From positions 16,045 to 80,044 of the forward strand of contig NW_021832415.1 of the NCBI RefSeq assembly GCF_006345805.1: a stretch of DNA of 64,000 nucleotides. The letters run 5' to 3'. Origin of the DNA: Octopus sinensis. Taxonomy: Eukaryota. Below the pieces are notes generated by a model. The model saw only the letters and a program-made list of their open reading frames with translations. It was not told the origin of the DNA and ran no database searches. Below, piece by piece: positions 40,860 through 54,359 of this stretch (within the stretch, counting starts at the first letter, position 1; every line of letters starts with the position of its first letter). Position numbers and translations under genes: made by a program.

Positions 40860-41993
40860 TCGCCCTTTCCTCCCACAATCCACATTCCAACATGGATTCA
40901 AGGAAGGATTGTCAACGACCTCCTTCCTCACCACACTAACAGATTTCATAAATGAAGGACACAAAAAGAAGAAATTGCAGGAGAAATCGATTGTATGCAC
41001 TATCGACATTCAAAAAGCGTTTGACTCCGTTCCAAGGAAGATCCTAATTCAAAAGATATTTGGTACAAATATTTCTACACCTATGAAGCTATGGATAGCG
41101 AATTTTTTGAGCGGACGTCGTGGAAAGTGTGCGTCGGGAACGAGAGTTCAAGATCACGTTTATTGCCCAATGGTGTACCCCAGGGTTCTCCTTTATCCCC
41201 GACCTCTTCAACTTGTTTCTGAATGATCTCCCGGTTCCTATGGATAATAATGACATACTACTCTCCTATGCCGATGACATAGTTGTCGCATCAAGGGATG
41301 TAAATGTCGAATACGCGAAGGAAAGACTACAAAGAATACTGGACGACTTATATGGATGGCTATATGAAAACAGACTACATGCATGTTCCGAAAAGTCAGC
41401 AGTCACTCTATTCACGAAAAACAGGAAGATGGGGACGAAAACTATTGAAGTCACGCTGAATGGAGTCCCAATACCACAAGAAAACACAGAAGATATTGGG
41501 TGTAACGTTTGATACTTTCCTCTGTTTCTCACCTCATGTTGAATCGATCGTGTCAACCTGTATAAGAAAATCAATTTTGTGAAAGCCTTTCTTTGGAACT
41601 GTGGGAGAACTTGTCCGCCAGGGGTAGAGACCCTTTACAAGCAGTATATCGAGCCAACAATAGGCTATGCATGTGCTGCTTGGGGCTGTAACCTGGCGGC
41701 AACGAACCAACTAAAAATCGAGAAAATCCAAGAAAAATCCATAAACCTACTGAAGGACCATACCGACAGGAAAATTATCCATCGAACAGTGGAGTCTCTC
41801 GTAGAGGCAAGTAAGAGGGATCGTGGAGATGGACCACAAGCATTTCACCGTACATACAGAAAGTGTGTGGGATCACGGTCTGAACATCGGGAAAAGATGG
41901 CTCGACTGTTGAGAAGTGTCGGAATCACCTGACACGTTAGTTAATGGTTAAGACGGTGATTCTGTTTTGGCTTAATTAATAATAATAATAATA
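40860..41993 (+). mobile_element. 5'-truncated jockey/I-like LINE with (TAA)n tail (second copy about 49745-50881)
   Basis: QHGFKEGLST, IDIQKAFDSVP, GVPQGSPLSP, SYADDI and KILGVTFD motifs. Confidence 0.9.
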
Positions 41994-41997
41994 AAAA

Positions 41998-42395
41998 CTT
42001 GTACGAGAAGCCTCTCATGCTGGTTCGTGGTATGAAAATAGAGGTATATATTCAAAATAACATTAAAAAAGCTGATTCATTGTCAAATGAACTCGAAGAA
42101 TACCTCAACAAAGCAGAGTCATTCACAGAATCTTCTCGTGCTATAATTTCCCCGTAATATAATATATAAATCATCACATACAGACATGCCGGCTACACCT
42201 ACAGTGGACCTACTGCAGCTTATGCTTACAAACAGATAAATACAGACAATATGTTCTTTAAACGTGACCTAATCTGCCCAGATCACGTGTTTTTGTGTTA
42301 GGACCAAGTCATCATGTTGGCTTTAGAGGCTGTGCTCTGTCTCCTGCTGAAATAGTGGAGACACCACTAGGAAATCTTCAAGTTGATTTAAAATG
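41998..42395 (+). pseudogene. MEMO1: MEMO1 5' part, truncated at the duplication breakpoint
   Basis: VREASHAGSWY..AIISP|HAGYTYSG..LGPSHH..TPLGNLQVD, then the homology ends. Confidence 0.85.
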
Positions 42396-42486
42396 TATTT
42401 AATTAATTTCAATAATATAATTTATTTATATTCAAGTTGATTTAAAATGTATTTAATTAATTTCAATAATATAATTTATTTATATT
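42379..42486. repeat. Exact 54-bp tandem duplication at the copy 1 end
   Basis: CAAGTTGATTTAAAATGTATTTAATTAATTTCAATAATATAATTTATTTATATT twice. Confidence 0.95.
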
Positions 42487-42595
42487 AAAACTGGGAAGAC
42501 CTAGAATCTTTGCGGGACCTCGCCCGCAACAGAGGGGCATGGACAAGGATGGTCCAGAAGATTGTTTCGCTTGTGACACGTGTGGGATTATAACT
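42487..42595 (+). mobile_element. RTE-like LINE 3' remnant
   Basis: LRDLARNRGAWTRMVQKI resembles the RTE C-terminal LAxNRxxW motif. Confidence 0.45.
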
Positions 42596-42627
42596 TTGTT
42601 TATGTTCCTACGGAATGTGTTATAATA

Positions 42628-43030
42628 TGTCACATGGGCGACTATGTCGCTATGGGCAGCCAGTCCTTTTACGTGTTTCTATGGAAACCGCAGAAAAGGT
42701 ATTAAATATTGAATATAGCAATTTATATATGGAAGAGTGTAGATTAATCAATTATTCTAATTTAAAATTACATTTGAATTATCTTTTAAAAATGGCTTAC
42801 CCAAAAGTATATTAATTTTAACAGCGTGGTTACTCACACTTTGTGATGTCTGGGTTTAAGGGTTACGTCAGAAATATTAACGAATACAATCAAATTAAGG
42901 AAGCGTTAATCGGGATATTCCCGGAGGATATGAATGCTCGAAGCAAACACCGGTTGGCCAAAAAGGCTTCCAATTTTTGTCAAAAATGTCTGAAGAATCG
43001 TCAGCAGAAACATCATTTAATTTCGAGTTA
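42628..43030 (+). mobile_element. Ginger-like left end and N-terminal ORF remnant
   Basis: Starts TGTCACATGGGC (similar termini at 55719 and, inverted, 15777). ORF EYNQIKEALIGIFPEDMNARSKHRLAKKASNF. Confidence 0.45.
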
Positions 43031-43168
43031 GGGTTACGTTAGGGTTTGGGTTAAGGTTAGGGTTAGATTTTGAATATTTATGTTGTCACTTGCCAACGTT
43101 AGGGTTTGGGTTAAGGATAGGGTTAGATTTTGAATATATTTATGTTGTCACTTGCCAACGTAAGGGTT
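43028..43168 (+). repeat. About 2.2 copies of a 60-62 bp unit containing degenerate TTAGGG repeats
   Basis: ACGTTAGGGTTTGGGTTAAGGTTAGGGTTAGATTTTGAATATTTATGTTGTCACTTGCCA at 43036-43095 and 43096-43157. Confidence 0.9.
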
Positions 43169-43457
43169 CATAATCTAAACAAACAGTTGTGGTGAAAATG
43201 AGTCCTATTTGACAATTTTCCAATCTCTTGATTGTCCTGATTACATGCTTGTTAATAATTAATTTAAATTGCCTTTTAACACCAGTGAATTACATACTTG
43301 AGGATTATTTTAAAAAATACAATTTACTTTTCAGATTTGTAAGTTATCTTGTAATGCGCTGAAATTACAACTGTCGGCGAACCAGCCTATGTGCAATAAG
43401 AACTATGAACTCATCATTGGTGACTAAGAAATCAAAAATATGCATTAAATACTACCA

Positions 43458-43574
43458 GCCATGTCCAGAGGGAATCAGAAACTGTCGCAATCAATGATGA
43501 AGACTCGTGTGGTCTCACAGTTCGTTGCCTTTTGTGGTCTTATCTACGCAATATCGAAAACCACTAAGCACTGA
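43458..43574 (+). pseudogene. HIGD: HIG1 3' remnant
   Basis: A 356-bp deletion removes the start codon and first two exons. Confidence 0.85.
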
Positions 43575-46500
43575 CTTGTTATGTTTAAAACCTATCTGTA
43601 CATCTAAACTTTTCAAGTCTATTCAAATGGTATAAATAAGTCCATTCTTTCCTCATAAGAAAACAATCTTTTATTAACAAAGTCGTTCAAACTGTTTTAC
43701 CTGCTGCTGCACGTTATTAAAGAAATATAGATAGACAGTCTCAGATACTCAGGATTAGCTGTATCGTTCCGAATGGCACGTGTTTTCCTCATTCGGTCTA
43801 AATTTAAACTTGGTTTTTTATCCACGTTCTAGAAAAGTGGATCAATGAGCCCTACTTTGTTAGAAAATTGAGCAGCTGTGAGTTGGCGGTGGGGATAAGT
43901 CAGATAACTCGAATTCAACTTTTCAAACTACATTCAATAGACTCTAACATTCAACTGTCCTCATGTGGACATCACAATTGATGCAATATCGACCAGAGTG
44001 ATTCTACAGGCCATTCGGTTTGATGTAATGTTAGAGAAGCGAGTGAAATAACTCTAGAACTCAAAACAACGAACTTGACTGGGTGGCATGATAAAGTGAC
44101 TATAACGAGTAATTGAGGCAGAGATATATAGGCACATCGGCACTCCCGTGTTTGCAGACCTGTTTTCCCTCACATTCCTTAGCATTGGTCGTCCAATGCC
44201 AGTCAAACAGGTGGTTTTCAGGACAATAAAAGTCACGGTCCAACTCAATTACCTAAAATCTGGCCTTCTGCCTTTCACGAACACTTTTTTGCCAAAATAT
44301 CCGAATAATATCACCCACTAAAAATCCCTTTTTGCATTCCAAAATTTACACGCATACAAGCAGCCAAATGCTTGGTTTCGCTTCGTCTGCCTTGCTTCCC
44401 TGATGCTCCATCACTTGTGAGTAAAATAGAACATAGCTGGTAAAAATTGATGTTGGCCATTGGTCATTATTTTATAGACAATGGAGATTAATAAACTAGT
44501 ATCATACTTTGTCAGGTTATTCTCTTTTGTTAAAAATTTGAAATATTTACGAGTCCAAACTGAAACTGCGAAACATCACCGACATGAGTCTCTTTCGGCC
44601 AGACTAAACAAGAACATAAAAATTTGTTGAAGAAACTGACATTTTTGGAAGAAAGGTTATAATTTCGAGTGATTTGGGATATTCTCGAATACTCTTAGGC
44701 AAACTAATAATAATAGAAAGTACTTTCAGAGATTGTCTGGTTGACGATGTGCAAAAGTGGTGAGTGCAGTGCGACTATTCGATTTACTTTACGAGTTGAT
44801 TTGTAAGCAAAATAGAGAATTCTCGTTAGTTACGAACCCATAAACGCCTAAGTTAGTAAACTATGGTTAACCTATCTTTAAAAAAAAGCCTAATAAATTA
44901 AGCACGCTGATACACGTAATTGGTTTAGTTTGTGTTATTTATCGGTATTTTTCACATTCTTATTTAATTTGATTTGGAAGGAATAATTCTTTATGAACTT
45001 TCTTTTACTGATTAAAGAATTTGAAATTTCATATTTTTATCATTTATTACGATTTTATTCCTTCAAAGTCAATTTTTTGTATTATTTTAATATGAGTCAT
45101 TTATATATGAAAACTATCTGAGATGATGGTTCAAATGAATTTTTCTTTATCCTATCTTCAAAAACACCTTTATGCTTCATAATTATATCTAGAGTCATTT
45201 CACGAAACTAAAATATTGATTATTAAAAATATTTTTGAAAGTTCTCCCTATTTGCTCAACAGTCGGTTTGGGATACTTCTAAAATTGTTCTATATTCATG
45301 AAACCTCAATTTATCAAGAATTTGTGTAATCAGACGGACATTCTCTGAAAATTCCGGTAAGAAATTCTTTGAAAAGATGTAATTTTGTAATTCCGTCTTT
45401 ATTTAAAAGATTAAAAAATAAATACATTTTCGACTCTTATAGTTGTATTCTATTGTTCTTCTGGAGTCTGCGGCAAGCAAGATTTCTCCACGATATTTGA
45501 TTTTTTATAATTGTAGTTCCACACTCAATTAATTGCAAGTTAAAAACAAATTTTCATCACTTTACATCTGACAAAAATTATTTTGGCTTCTCTTTTTCTA
45601 TTAATCGATTTGATTTATATTTTTCAAATTATAATACAGTGGAACTTGTCTAAACCGGACTCCGACGGGACCATGAAAATCGGCCGGCTTATAGAGAGAT
45701 CCGGCTTATCAAGGTTTTGCATTAACTTGCATTTATTTTCAAAACGCTTTTTCTTGCTGTTTCCATTTTCATCGTACACTCCATGTAATAAAAAACCGGA
45801 TTTTCGAATGCTTAATTTTTTTGATGTTCTGTTTTTAATTTTAGACTTTTTTTTAATTTATAATGATAATCTTCGTAACTTTTCTTTTTATAATTTTTCA
45901 ATAATATTTTTGTACAGCTAAACTGACTATATTAAATTTTTTCTGTGTTCAAAAAACCGGATTAGAAAAAAGTCAAATGATTAATAATTAATGTGTCCTC
46001 CGTGTGCCTTATAAAGCTCAATGCTTCTTCTTGGCATGCTTTCAGTTAATTTTTTCACAAATTCCATTGGTATTTCGTCCCAAATTTTTATGATATTTTC
46101 GCATAAATCCTTTTTACTATGCAGCTTTTTTTTACTCAGTTCTTCCTTTATGTAGCTCCACGCATGTTCAAATCATTAGTAATTTTAGTTCTGCGTCTTC
46201 AATCCAAAAAATCGGAATTTTAGGCTATTTATTCGTATATAAACTTTTCCATCAACAAGAGAAAAGGTTTCTAAATGCTGTTTGACTTTATATCTCTCTT
46301 TCTTATCCAAAAGTTCATCGAAATTTTGGGATTCTTTACATTTTTTGATTTTTGACAACGTATCTCTAGTCAAAACCATAGACCCATTTTTCTTTTTAAA
46401 AATAATTGATAAATATGTATTTATGACTTTTAATAAATTTCAAAATAAAGTTTTTAATAAAATTAATTATTAAGTCTTTTGATTCTTTCAGCCTGACATC

Positions 46501-46665
46501 AAGAATGTAATCTGAACAAAAAAATTTTTAAATCGTAAAAATTTTAGACATATTCACGTGTTAATTGTGAAATAATAAGATGTTAAAAAATTTCCCATCA
46601 AATTTATAAGGACCTGAAATAGACACAAAAATGTACACTCTATCATGGGATCTTTTATTAATATA

Positions 46666-47347
46666 GGGTTTTCGGATCAATATAATAACTTTTCGAATCA
46701 TATAATAATTTTTCGAACCAATATAATAATTTTTCGAATCAATATAATAATTTTTCGAATCAATATAATAATTTTTAAATTCAAAAAGAGTAAATTATCG
46801 TTATTCTTGAATCACTTCAGAATTTGAGCATCTATTCAAATACGTTAACATCTTTCTGTAGAAGGATCCGCAATGTTCACTTGTTATTTCGTTGAATTTA
46901 GATGTAATTAGGCATCTAAGATCTTTTTCATTCTTGGCTTTACCACGGACTACCAAGTTTTTCCATACTGAAAAAACATTTTCAATAGGATTTAAAAATG
47001 GACAGTATGGTGGCAAAAAATTCCTGTAGTTGATACTTCAGTATCATTTTCCAGTCCACGGTAGTGTAAAAATAGGATTAGATATTATTTGTCGGCGAAC
47101 CATCGCTGGTTCGATTGAATATTCAGAAGCATTTTGATTATGTGAATCCATTAACGGTAAATTCAGGTCAATAAAATTTAAATTTTATTTAAATTTAAAA
47201 ATTATTATAGATTCGAAAAATTATTATATTGGTTCGAAAAATTATTATATTGATTCGAAAAATTATTATATTGGTTCGAAATATTATTATATGATTCGAA
47301 AAGTTATTATATTGGTTCGAAAAATTATTATATTGATCCGAAAACTC
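46666..47347 (-). mobile_element. Foldback-like Tc1/IS630 element with repeat-built long TIRs
   Basis: Inverted arms of 20-21 bp AATATAATAATTTTTCGAA(T/C)C units, TA flanks, internal PPYCPFLNPIENVFS. Absent at about 38268. Confidence 0.85.
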
Positions 47348-48889
47348 TATAAATAAAATTTACGTGGTTGATTTAGTTATATGTACGTGTTTATTTGATT
47401 TGATTTGGAAGGACTAGCTCTATCAACTTTCATTTACTAATTATAGAATTTGAAATTCAATTATTTTTATTATTTATTTTGATTTTATTTCTTTAAAGTC
47501 AATTTTTGATTTTATTTCTTTAGAGGTCCAGTTAGGTCAATTGTAGTCCACAGTTCAGTGAGTCGAACAAATGTCTGAAGATTTATGATAAGTTTATAGA
47601 TTGCCCGAAAAGACTCGAAATGTATGAAATAGTCTACAACTTGATATATATTCATAATAGTTATTTACTTGCTATTCGCGAGTAATTTTTTTATTATCAT
47701 AATTACCCTGGACTTCTCCAGTGGAACTATACTCCTCGATATTCATTAATTTTGTACCGAAATGTCACTTTGTAAAAATAAAGCAGCATTTGTGGGTGAC
47801 TTTTTGGTATCTCAGGTCTACTCTCTTTGAATAATATCAGCATTGAAAAAAAATGATTTGCCGACATGTCCTTTTCTTATCTCCTGGATAGCTAATCTAT
47901 AATGAATGACTATAGTTTTGTCATTTATTTTTGTTTTTTCTAAAAAGTTTATCTGTTTATAATGAACAAGACGCAATTCTATAAGGTTCTTCAATAATTA
48001 GATTTGATTGTCAGCTCCGATTGATTGAATTAAAAGGACTCATCTAACAAATTTTAATAAAATTTCTTTTTTCCTTTATTTATGGTCTTTACTGTGATTA
48101 TTTCTACTTTTTCGCACTAATTTACCGAAAAGCTATTTTTAGAATGTTATTCTTTATTTAAAGTCAGGCAATAGGTTAAATCTTTTAATAATTTTTATTT
48201 AGTAAATTTGGTTTTGACCACTAAGAATCGAAGTAAGTTTGGGCAGTATTTTAAAACTATTTTTTAACAACTTAAATATAATAACACACTAGCGGATAAA
48301 AACCAACAATATTTGGTTTGAATATGAAAAATAATAAATTTACTAATATTAGGGCGTGTCGAATGAATCAAATTGACTATTTTTTTAGCAATTAGTTATA
48401 GAGACGTAAAGTACTTTATAATCAATTGTAATATTATTTTTAATTAAGAATACATCCGAAGAGAAACAAAAACTCATAGTAAAGAGTTTAGTCGGCCCTA
48501 AAATATTACAACAATATCAAACAAATTCATTCCCTGTTATTATCCTTATCTGTGGAGAAAAATATCAAACTTATAGACAAAAAAGTGAATATCATTATTA
48601 GAGTCGACAATTCAAAATTATATATTTTCTTGTTTGGGACAGTTAATTAGAATTGTATTCCTGGAAATAATCAAAAGACTATTTTCGTTTGTTTCGATCA
48701 TTTAAAAAAATATGAACAAAATTAGTGTTGTGAGTTTATATTTAATTTTTTGATACGATTAGGGTCTTTTATTTGTCTAATTTCAGCTTTTCTAAGGAAT
48801 ACAAAAAATTAGAACGAATATTTTTAAAAATGCTAATGACTAAAATGCTATTTTAATTAGTTTTAAATGATTTATTATTTCTCCAGTAA

Positions 48890-49378
48890 CATGTACGACC
48901 GAAAAGCCACTATTCCGTGAATCACTGTGCCGATGGATGAGATGACCTGACATTAAGAGGAAGACATACCGCCGCCGCGATTATAGAGTTGGAACTGACA
49001 TCCTCAAACATGACTCTACTGTTACTTCCCGAAATGATAGCCGAAATGGCGTAGAACACGCACAGGAGTCCATTTAGAATTATTTCACCCATGTGCACGT
49101 GTTTTTCATTGAAGCGAGAATTGAGTTTAAAAAAACATAATGCAATGTTTAGTAGATTGGACAGAAGAGACGTCATGCCTGTGAATACCACGAATCCTCC
49201 CCCAGCCGCGCTGAACCCGGGATTGACAGAAGCACTGATCACCACTGAAATAGCCACACTCTGCTCAGTGAGGTCACAATCATACACAAAAGCACACTCT
49301 TATCCAAAAGTGATTAGACTTGAAATAGCTCTTGTCGTATATTTTGGATTCGTCTGGACTTTGTTCGGGAAGTGACAT
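48890..49378 (-). CDS. MARVEL-domain protein, copy 2
   Basis: MSLPEQSPDESKIYDKSYFKSNHFWIR|..GGGFVVFTGMTSLL..EIILNGLLCVFYAISAII..AAAV; four-TM pattern. Confidence 0.62.
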
Positions 49379-50885
49379 TCTGTCGGATTCCAATAAAATA
49401 AATGAATAATTAACCCAATTTACTGATTTTATTAAAATAATGTAACGGACAGGCATTAATGATATATAAACATATTCGTATTAGATGAACAAGAAATTAT
49501 TATTATGGTAAAATTTCTACCAAAAAGGACTATTTATAGACTAATTGAGGGCATAACTCAGTCGTGGCTTATCGATATAAATTCAAGGCATATTTTGTGA
49601 GATTCTTAATATATTTATAAAAATGAATAATTATTTAATTATAAAACACAGTAAATTTATTATTTAAATAAAATATTTAAATTAATTTATTTGTTGTGAT
49701 GCAAACCCACTCACTTATTCGCCCTTTCTGGTCCTAAAACATATTCGCCCTTTCCTCCCACAATCCACATTCCAACATGGATTCAAGGAAGGATTGTCAA
49801 CGACCTCCTTCCTCACCACACTAACAGATTTCATAAATGAAGGACACAAAAAGAAGAAATTGCAGGAGAAATCGATTGTATGCACTATCGACATTCAAAA
49901 AGCGTTTGACTCCGTTCCAAGGAAGATCCTAATTCAAAAGATATTTGGTACAAATATTTCTACACCTATGAAGCTATGGATAGCGAATTTTTTGAGCGGA
50001 CGTCGTGGGAAAGTGTGCGTCGGGAACGAGAGTTCAAGATCACGTTTATTGCCCAATGGTGTACCCCAGGGTTCTCCTTTATCCCCGACCCTCTTCAACT
50101 TGTTTCTGAATGATCTCCCGGTTCCTATGGATAATAATGACATATACTCTCCTATGCCGATGACATAGTTGTCGCATCAAGGGATGTAAATGTCGAATAC
50201 GCGAAGGAAAGACTACAAAGAATACTGGACGACTTATATGGATGGCTATATGAAAACAGACTACATGCATGTTCCGAAAAGTCAGCAGTCACTCTATTCA
50301 CGAAAAACAGGAAGATGGGGACGAAAACTATTGAAGTCACGCTGAATGGAGTCCCAATACCACAAAAGAAAACACAGAAGATATTGGGTGTAACGTTTGA
50401 TACTTTCCTCTGTTTCTCACCTCATGTTGAATCGATCGTGTCAACCTGTATAAAGAAAATCAATTTTGTGAAAGCCTTTCTTTGGAACTGTGGGAGAACT
50501 TGTCCGCCAGGGGTAGAGACCCTTTACAAGCAGTATATCGAGCCAACAATAGGCTATGCATGTGCTGCTTGGGGCTGTAACCTGGCGGCAACGAACCAAC
50601 TAAAAATCGAGAAAATCCAAGAAAAATCCATAAACCTACTGAAGGACCATACCGACAGGAAAATTATCCATCGAACAGTGGAGTCTCTCGTAGAGGCAAG
50701 TAAGAGGGATCGTGGAGATGGACCACAAGCATTTCACCGTACATACAGAAGTGTGTGGGATCACGGTCTGAACATCGGGAAAAGATGGCTCGACTGTTGA
50801 GAAGTGTCGGAATCACCTGACACGTTAGTTAATGGTTAAGACGGTGATTCTGTTTTGGCTTAATTAATAATAATAATAATAAAAA

Positions 50886-52013
50886 CTTGTACGAGAAGCC
50901 TCTCATGCTGGTTCGTGGTATGAAAATAGAGGTATATATTCAAAATACATTAAAAAAGCTGATTCATTGTCAAATGAACTCGAAGAATACCTCAACAAAG
51001 CAGAGTCATTCACAGAATCTTCTCGTGCTATAATTTCCCGTATATATAATATATAAATCATCACATACAGACATGCCGGCTACACCTACAGTGGACCTAC
51101 TGCAGCTTATGCTTACAAACAGATAAATACAGACAATATGTTCTTTAAACGTGACTAATCTGCCCAGATCACGTGTTTTTGTGTTAGGACCAAGTCATCA
51201 TGTTGGCTTTAGAGGCTGTGCTCTGTCTCCTGCTGAAATAGTGGAGACACCACTAGGAAATCTTCAAGTTGATTTAAAATGTATTTAATTAATTTCAATA
51301 ATATAATTTATTTATATTATATATATTTTAGTAATACAAAAATTGAGAAATACTAAAATATTTAAAGAAATAAATATACAACAGGATATGGACGAACATT
51401 CTCTTGAAATGCAGTATCCATTTATTTACAAAATATTCGGAGGGTAAATTAATTATATTTAATTATATATAAATTATTTAATAAATAAATAATTTAAAGA
51501 TCAATTAAAATTGTCCCAATCATGGTGGGGTCCTGTGATTCTGAAATGTCGAGAAGAACTGCAAAAATCCTTTCAAAATATTTGATGGACAAAACCAATT
51601 TTTTTGTCATTTCCACCGATTTTTGTCACTGGGGTACTAAAATGAGTAAATCCTCAAAGGAAGGCGATTTATGTTCAGTCCCTACGACCCCTCTAAGGGA
51701 GAGATTTGGGAATCAATCGAAGCCATGGATCGAGCTGTTTTTGAAATAATCAAAAAATAGGCATGCATGAATGAGATTGAAAGTCTAAATCCTGAAGGAT
51801 TGAGGACTATTTGGAGACTACGAGGAATACGATATGTGGAAGGAATCCTATTCTTGTTTTATTGCATGTTTGTAGTCAGATTGTGTATGATAAGACTATT
51901 AGAGAGAGCGGTTGTGGTGGAACGCTAGATTTGTCCGTTACGAACAGTCTAGTCGAGTTGTGAAGAGAGGTGAGTCATCTGTTAGCTATGCTTCTGCCTA
52001 TTTCGATTTTTAA
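50886..52013 (+). CDS. MEMO1: MEMO1, all conserved blocks present; start codon not located
   Basis: ASHAGSWY, HAGYTYSG, GPSHH, DEHSLEMQYPF, IVPIMVG, FVISTDFCHWG, NTICGRNPI and SYASAYF*. Some apparent frameshifts. Confidence 0.88.
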
Positions 52014-52399
52014 TTTATTTTGACTTTATTTTTCTCTAATTAATTCTGAAAAATATTTTTGGATCTCTAAATTTACTGATTTTGATTTTAATCAATGAAA
52101 GTTAATAAAATTGAAACAAGAAGTCGTTTTTTAGAGAAATTAAAAACAAATTTATTTTTCGTGGAAATAAATAGTTTGATTTTTCAATTCATATTTTTAT
52201 TCGTAGTCTTATATATTTAGACATTCAGAATTTAAAGTGGTTATGTAATGTGTTGACTAATTATTGCATAAAGCTAACTATAAATATGAAATAAACTATT
52301 TTTAATAAAATTGGAACAAGTATAACATAAAAATTTATTTTAAGAACACAATTTTATCAAAAGAATATTTATTCTGAATAATTCAGATAAAAATCATTA

Positions 52400-53030
52400 T
52401 CACTATTTTGACAATTAAACACAAAAAACTCATTTTTAATTCCATAAAACAGTTTGATGTGAATATTTTTTGATTTGCATTGTCAACAAATTTATAAACT
52501 AACAAAAATTTGAGAAAAAATATTTTTGCTTTTTTTCGTCAATATAAATTGTAAATATCGAATAATTAATTTCAAACAGCATAAAAACGCGTCTTTTGAT
52601 CCAAACTAACTCCATAATAAACAAGTATTATAATAAGAATATTGCCAACAAAATTTTCAATCAAATTATTTACGATTTGGTCAGATTGGAACTCAAAAAT
52701 GGTTCATACAACTTTTTAACTCTAAATTTTATCAACTCACAAAGTTGGGATATATCACGATTTTGATTAATTTGATATCACTTTATTATATATAATTATA
52801 TAATATTTTTAATAAACATTTAAGTAACACGTTTTTTCTGGTTTGTTGTGTTATTCACTCTTGCCTTGATCTGTCCTGTCAGTATACTCACAGCCCCGTT
52901 GCAAAGACACATTAAAATAACTTTATTATGCAAGCTTACATTCTATTTTAAATATTTAATACTGATTTTTGTATCATTTGATCATATTTACAACAAAAAT
53001 GCAATTTCAGTTTTCAATAATGTTTATGCG
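52400..53030 (-). repeat. Orphan repeat/gene family, copy 2
   Basis: Homologous to 17440-18075 and 55260-56385. Confidence 0.65.
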
Positions 53031-54359
53031 GGTTTGGAGTGCTAACTGGGGCAATTGGAACAGTATCAAAGCCGTCGTAGTGAAGTTGGATTTCGTGTCG
53101 AGTGTGGCCTCTGCGGTGGAAGCGAGCAGTTCGCCTTCAAACCAACGCTGATTTGCGCCTCTAAGACTCCTTTGGTGTTGTCGTTAGACAAATTGGCAGC
53201 TGTCTGCCTTTTCAGAGAGGAGTGCACTAGGACAGGAAATATTGTGTTTGATGTCAACTTTAATTTTAAAATTCGCATTTACAATTTAACGACAACATAT
53301 AAAATCAAAGAAAAAAATGAGCGTTATTTTTAAAATTAGACGTTTTCTATGTGAATTTCACCTGGAAGTTTGCGCTGAATTTTCGCTATAAAGTCAACAT
53401 ATTTTTGAACAGTGTTTTCTTCAATAAGCGATACTCAAGACAACGTAAGCGATACTATTTTTGGGTTAAGTCCGTTTGATTATTTTTTAAAATGGATGGA
53501 AGATGAGTTGTTAAATCTTTATTTTATCTTTGATTTGAAATATATTAATTTTGAAATCTAAAAAATCTTTATTACTCCTGTCTTTAAAATTGACCATCCA
53601 TTTTCAATTGGGTGATTATAGGCGTATATGGCACCAATCGAAGAATTCGATGCAATCTTCCAGTCGTAAATGGCACGGTGGATTGTCAATTATAACCGAA
53701 GTTGTTTATTCCATAGGCCTTGAGAAGACAGTTCCTGACACTTGTACTCGGCATCAAAAAATTTGATTAAATGCCGTATATTTCATGTCAGGGGTTTCCT
53801 ATTCGGTACTATTAATTATAATTTTGTGATTAAATTATTGTTTTATTTCTTCTGTTTATCCCAATTAATAATTTTTTAATAAATATTTTTTTACGTGATT
53901 ATTTATTGGTGTTGGTTGTATAATCTTTATAGTGTTTTTACTTATTTTAATAGAGATTAAATGAATTTATGACTTTTAAAATCTTAGTAACTACGGATTA
54001 TATAAGTAATTGTGTATTCATACATTCATGTTTTAATCTTTATTGATATTCCATTTATACAATTCATAATTTATGTAAAACAGTTCTATTTATACCTGTT
54101 TTAATTTCTTATTTATTTCTTTCTCATTTTTCCTTTTCTATATTTTACCTGAATTTGATTTGTTATGTCTGATATCTATATATCTTTTGTGTGTTTGTTT
54201 GTATATTCTTTGTATATTTCTACCTCCTTGTTCGTAAACTTTTGGCAAGAGGAAATTTCTTTCTAATATCATCTCTGTCCCAATTTTGAGATCTTTGTTT
54301 TTATCTAATGACCAAAAAAGGCACCTGTTTTTATCTAATCACTATCTCTTAATGCCAAA

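Larger units (their letters stand above)
32205..42432. repeat. Segmental duplication, copy 1
   Basis: Colinear, high identity to 43165-51318, starting GGTTCATAATCTAAAC and ending ...AATTTATTTATATT. Confidence 0.95.
43165..51318. repeat. Segmental duplication, copy 2
   Basis: Colinear with 32205-42432. It lacks about 32495-32850, 34245-34735 and 36304-38010, and gains 46666-47347. Confidence 0.95.

Noticed and set aside
46680-47340. Regular ~20-bp repeats resembling a CRISPR array
   Set aside because: There are no unique spacers, the context is eukaryotic, and the two arrays are inverted arms of one transposon.
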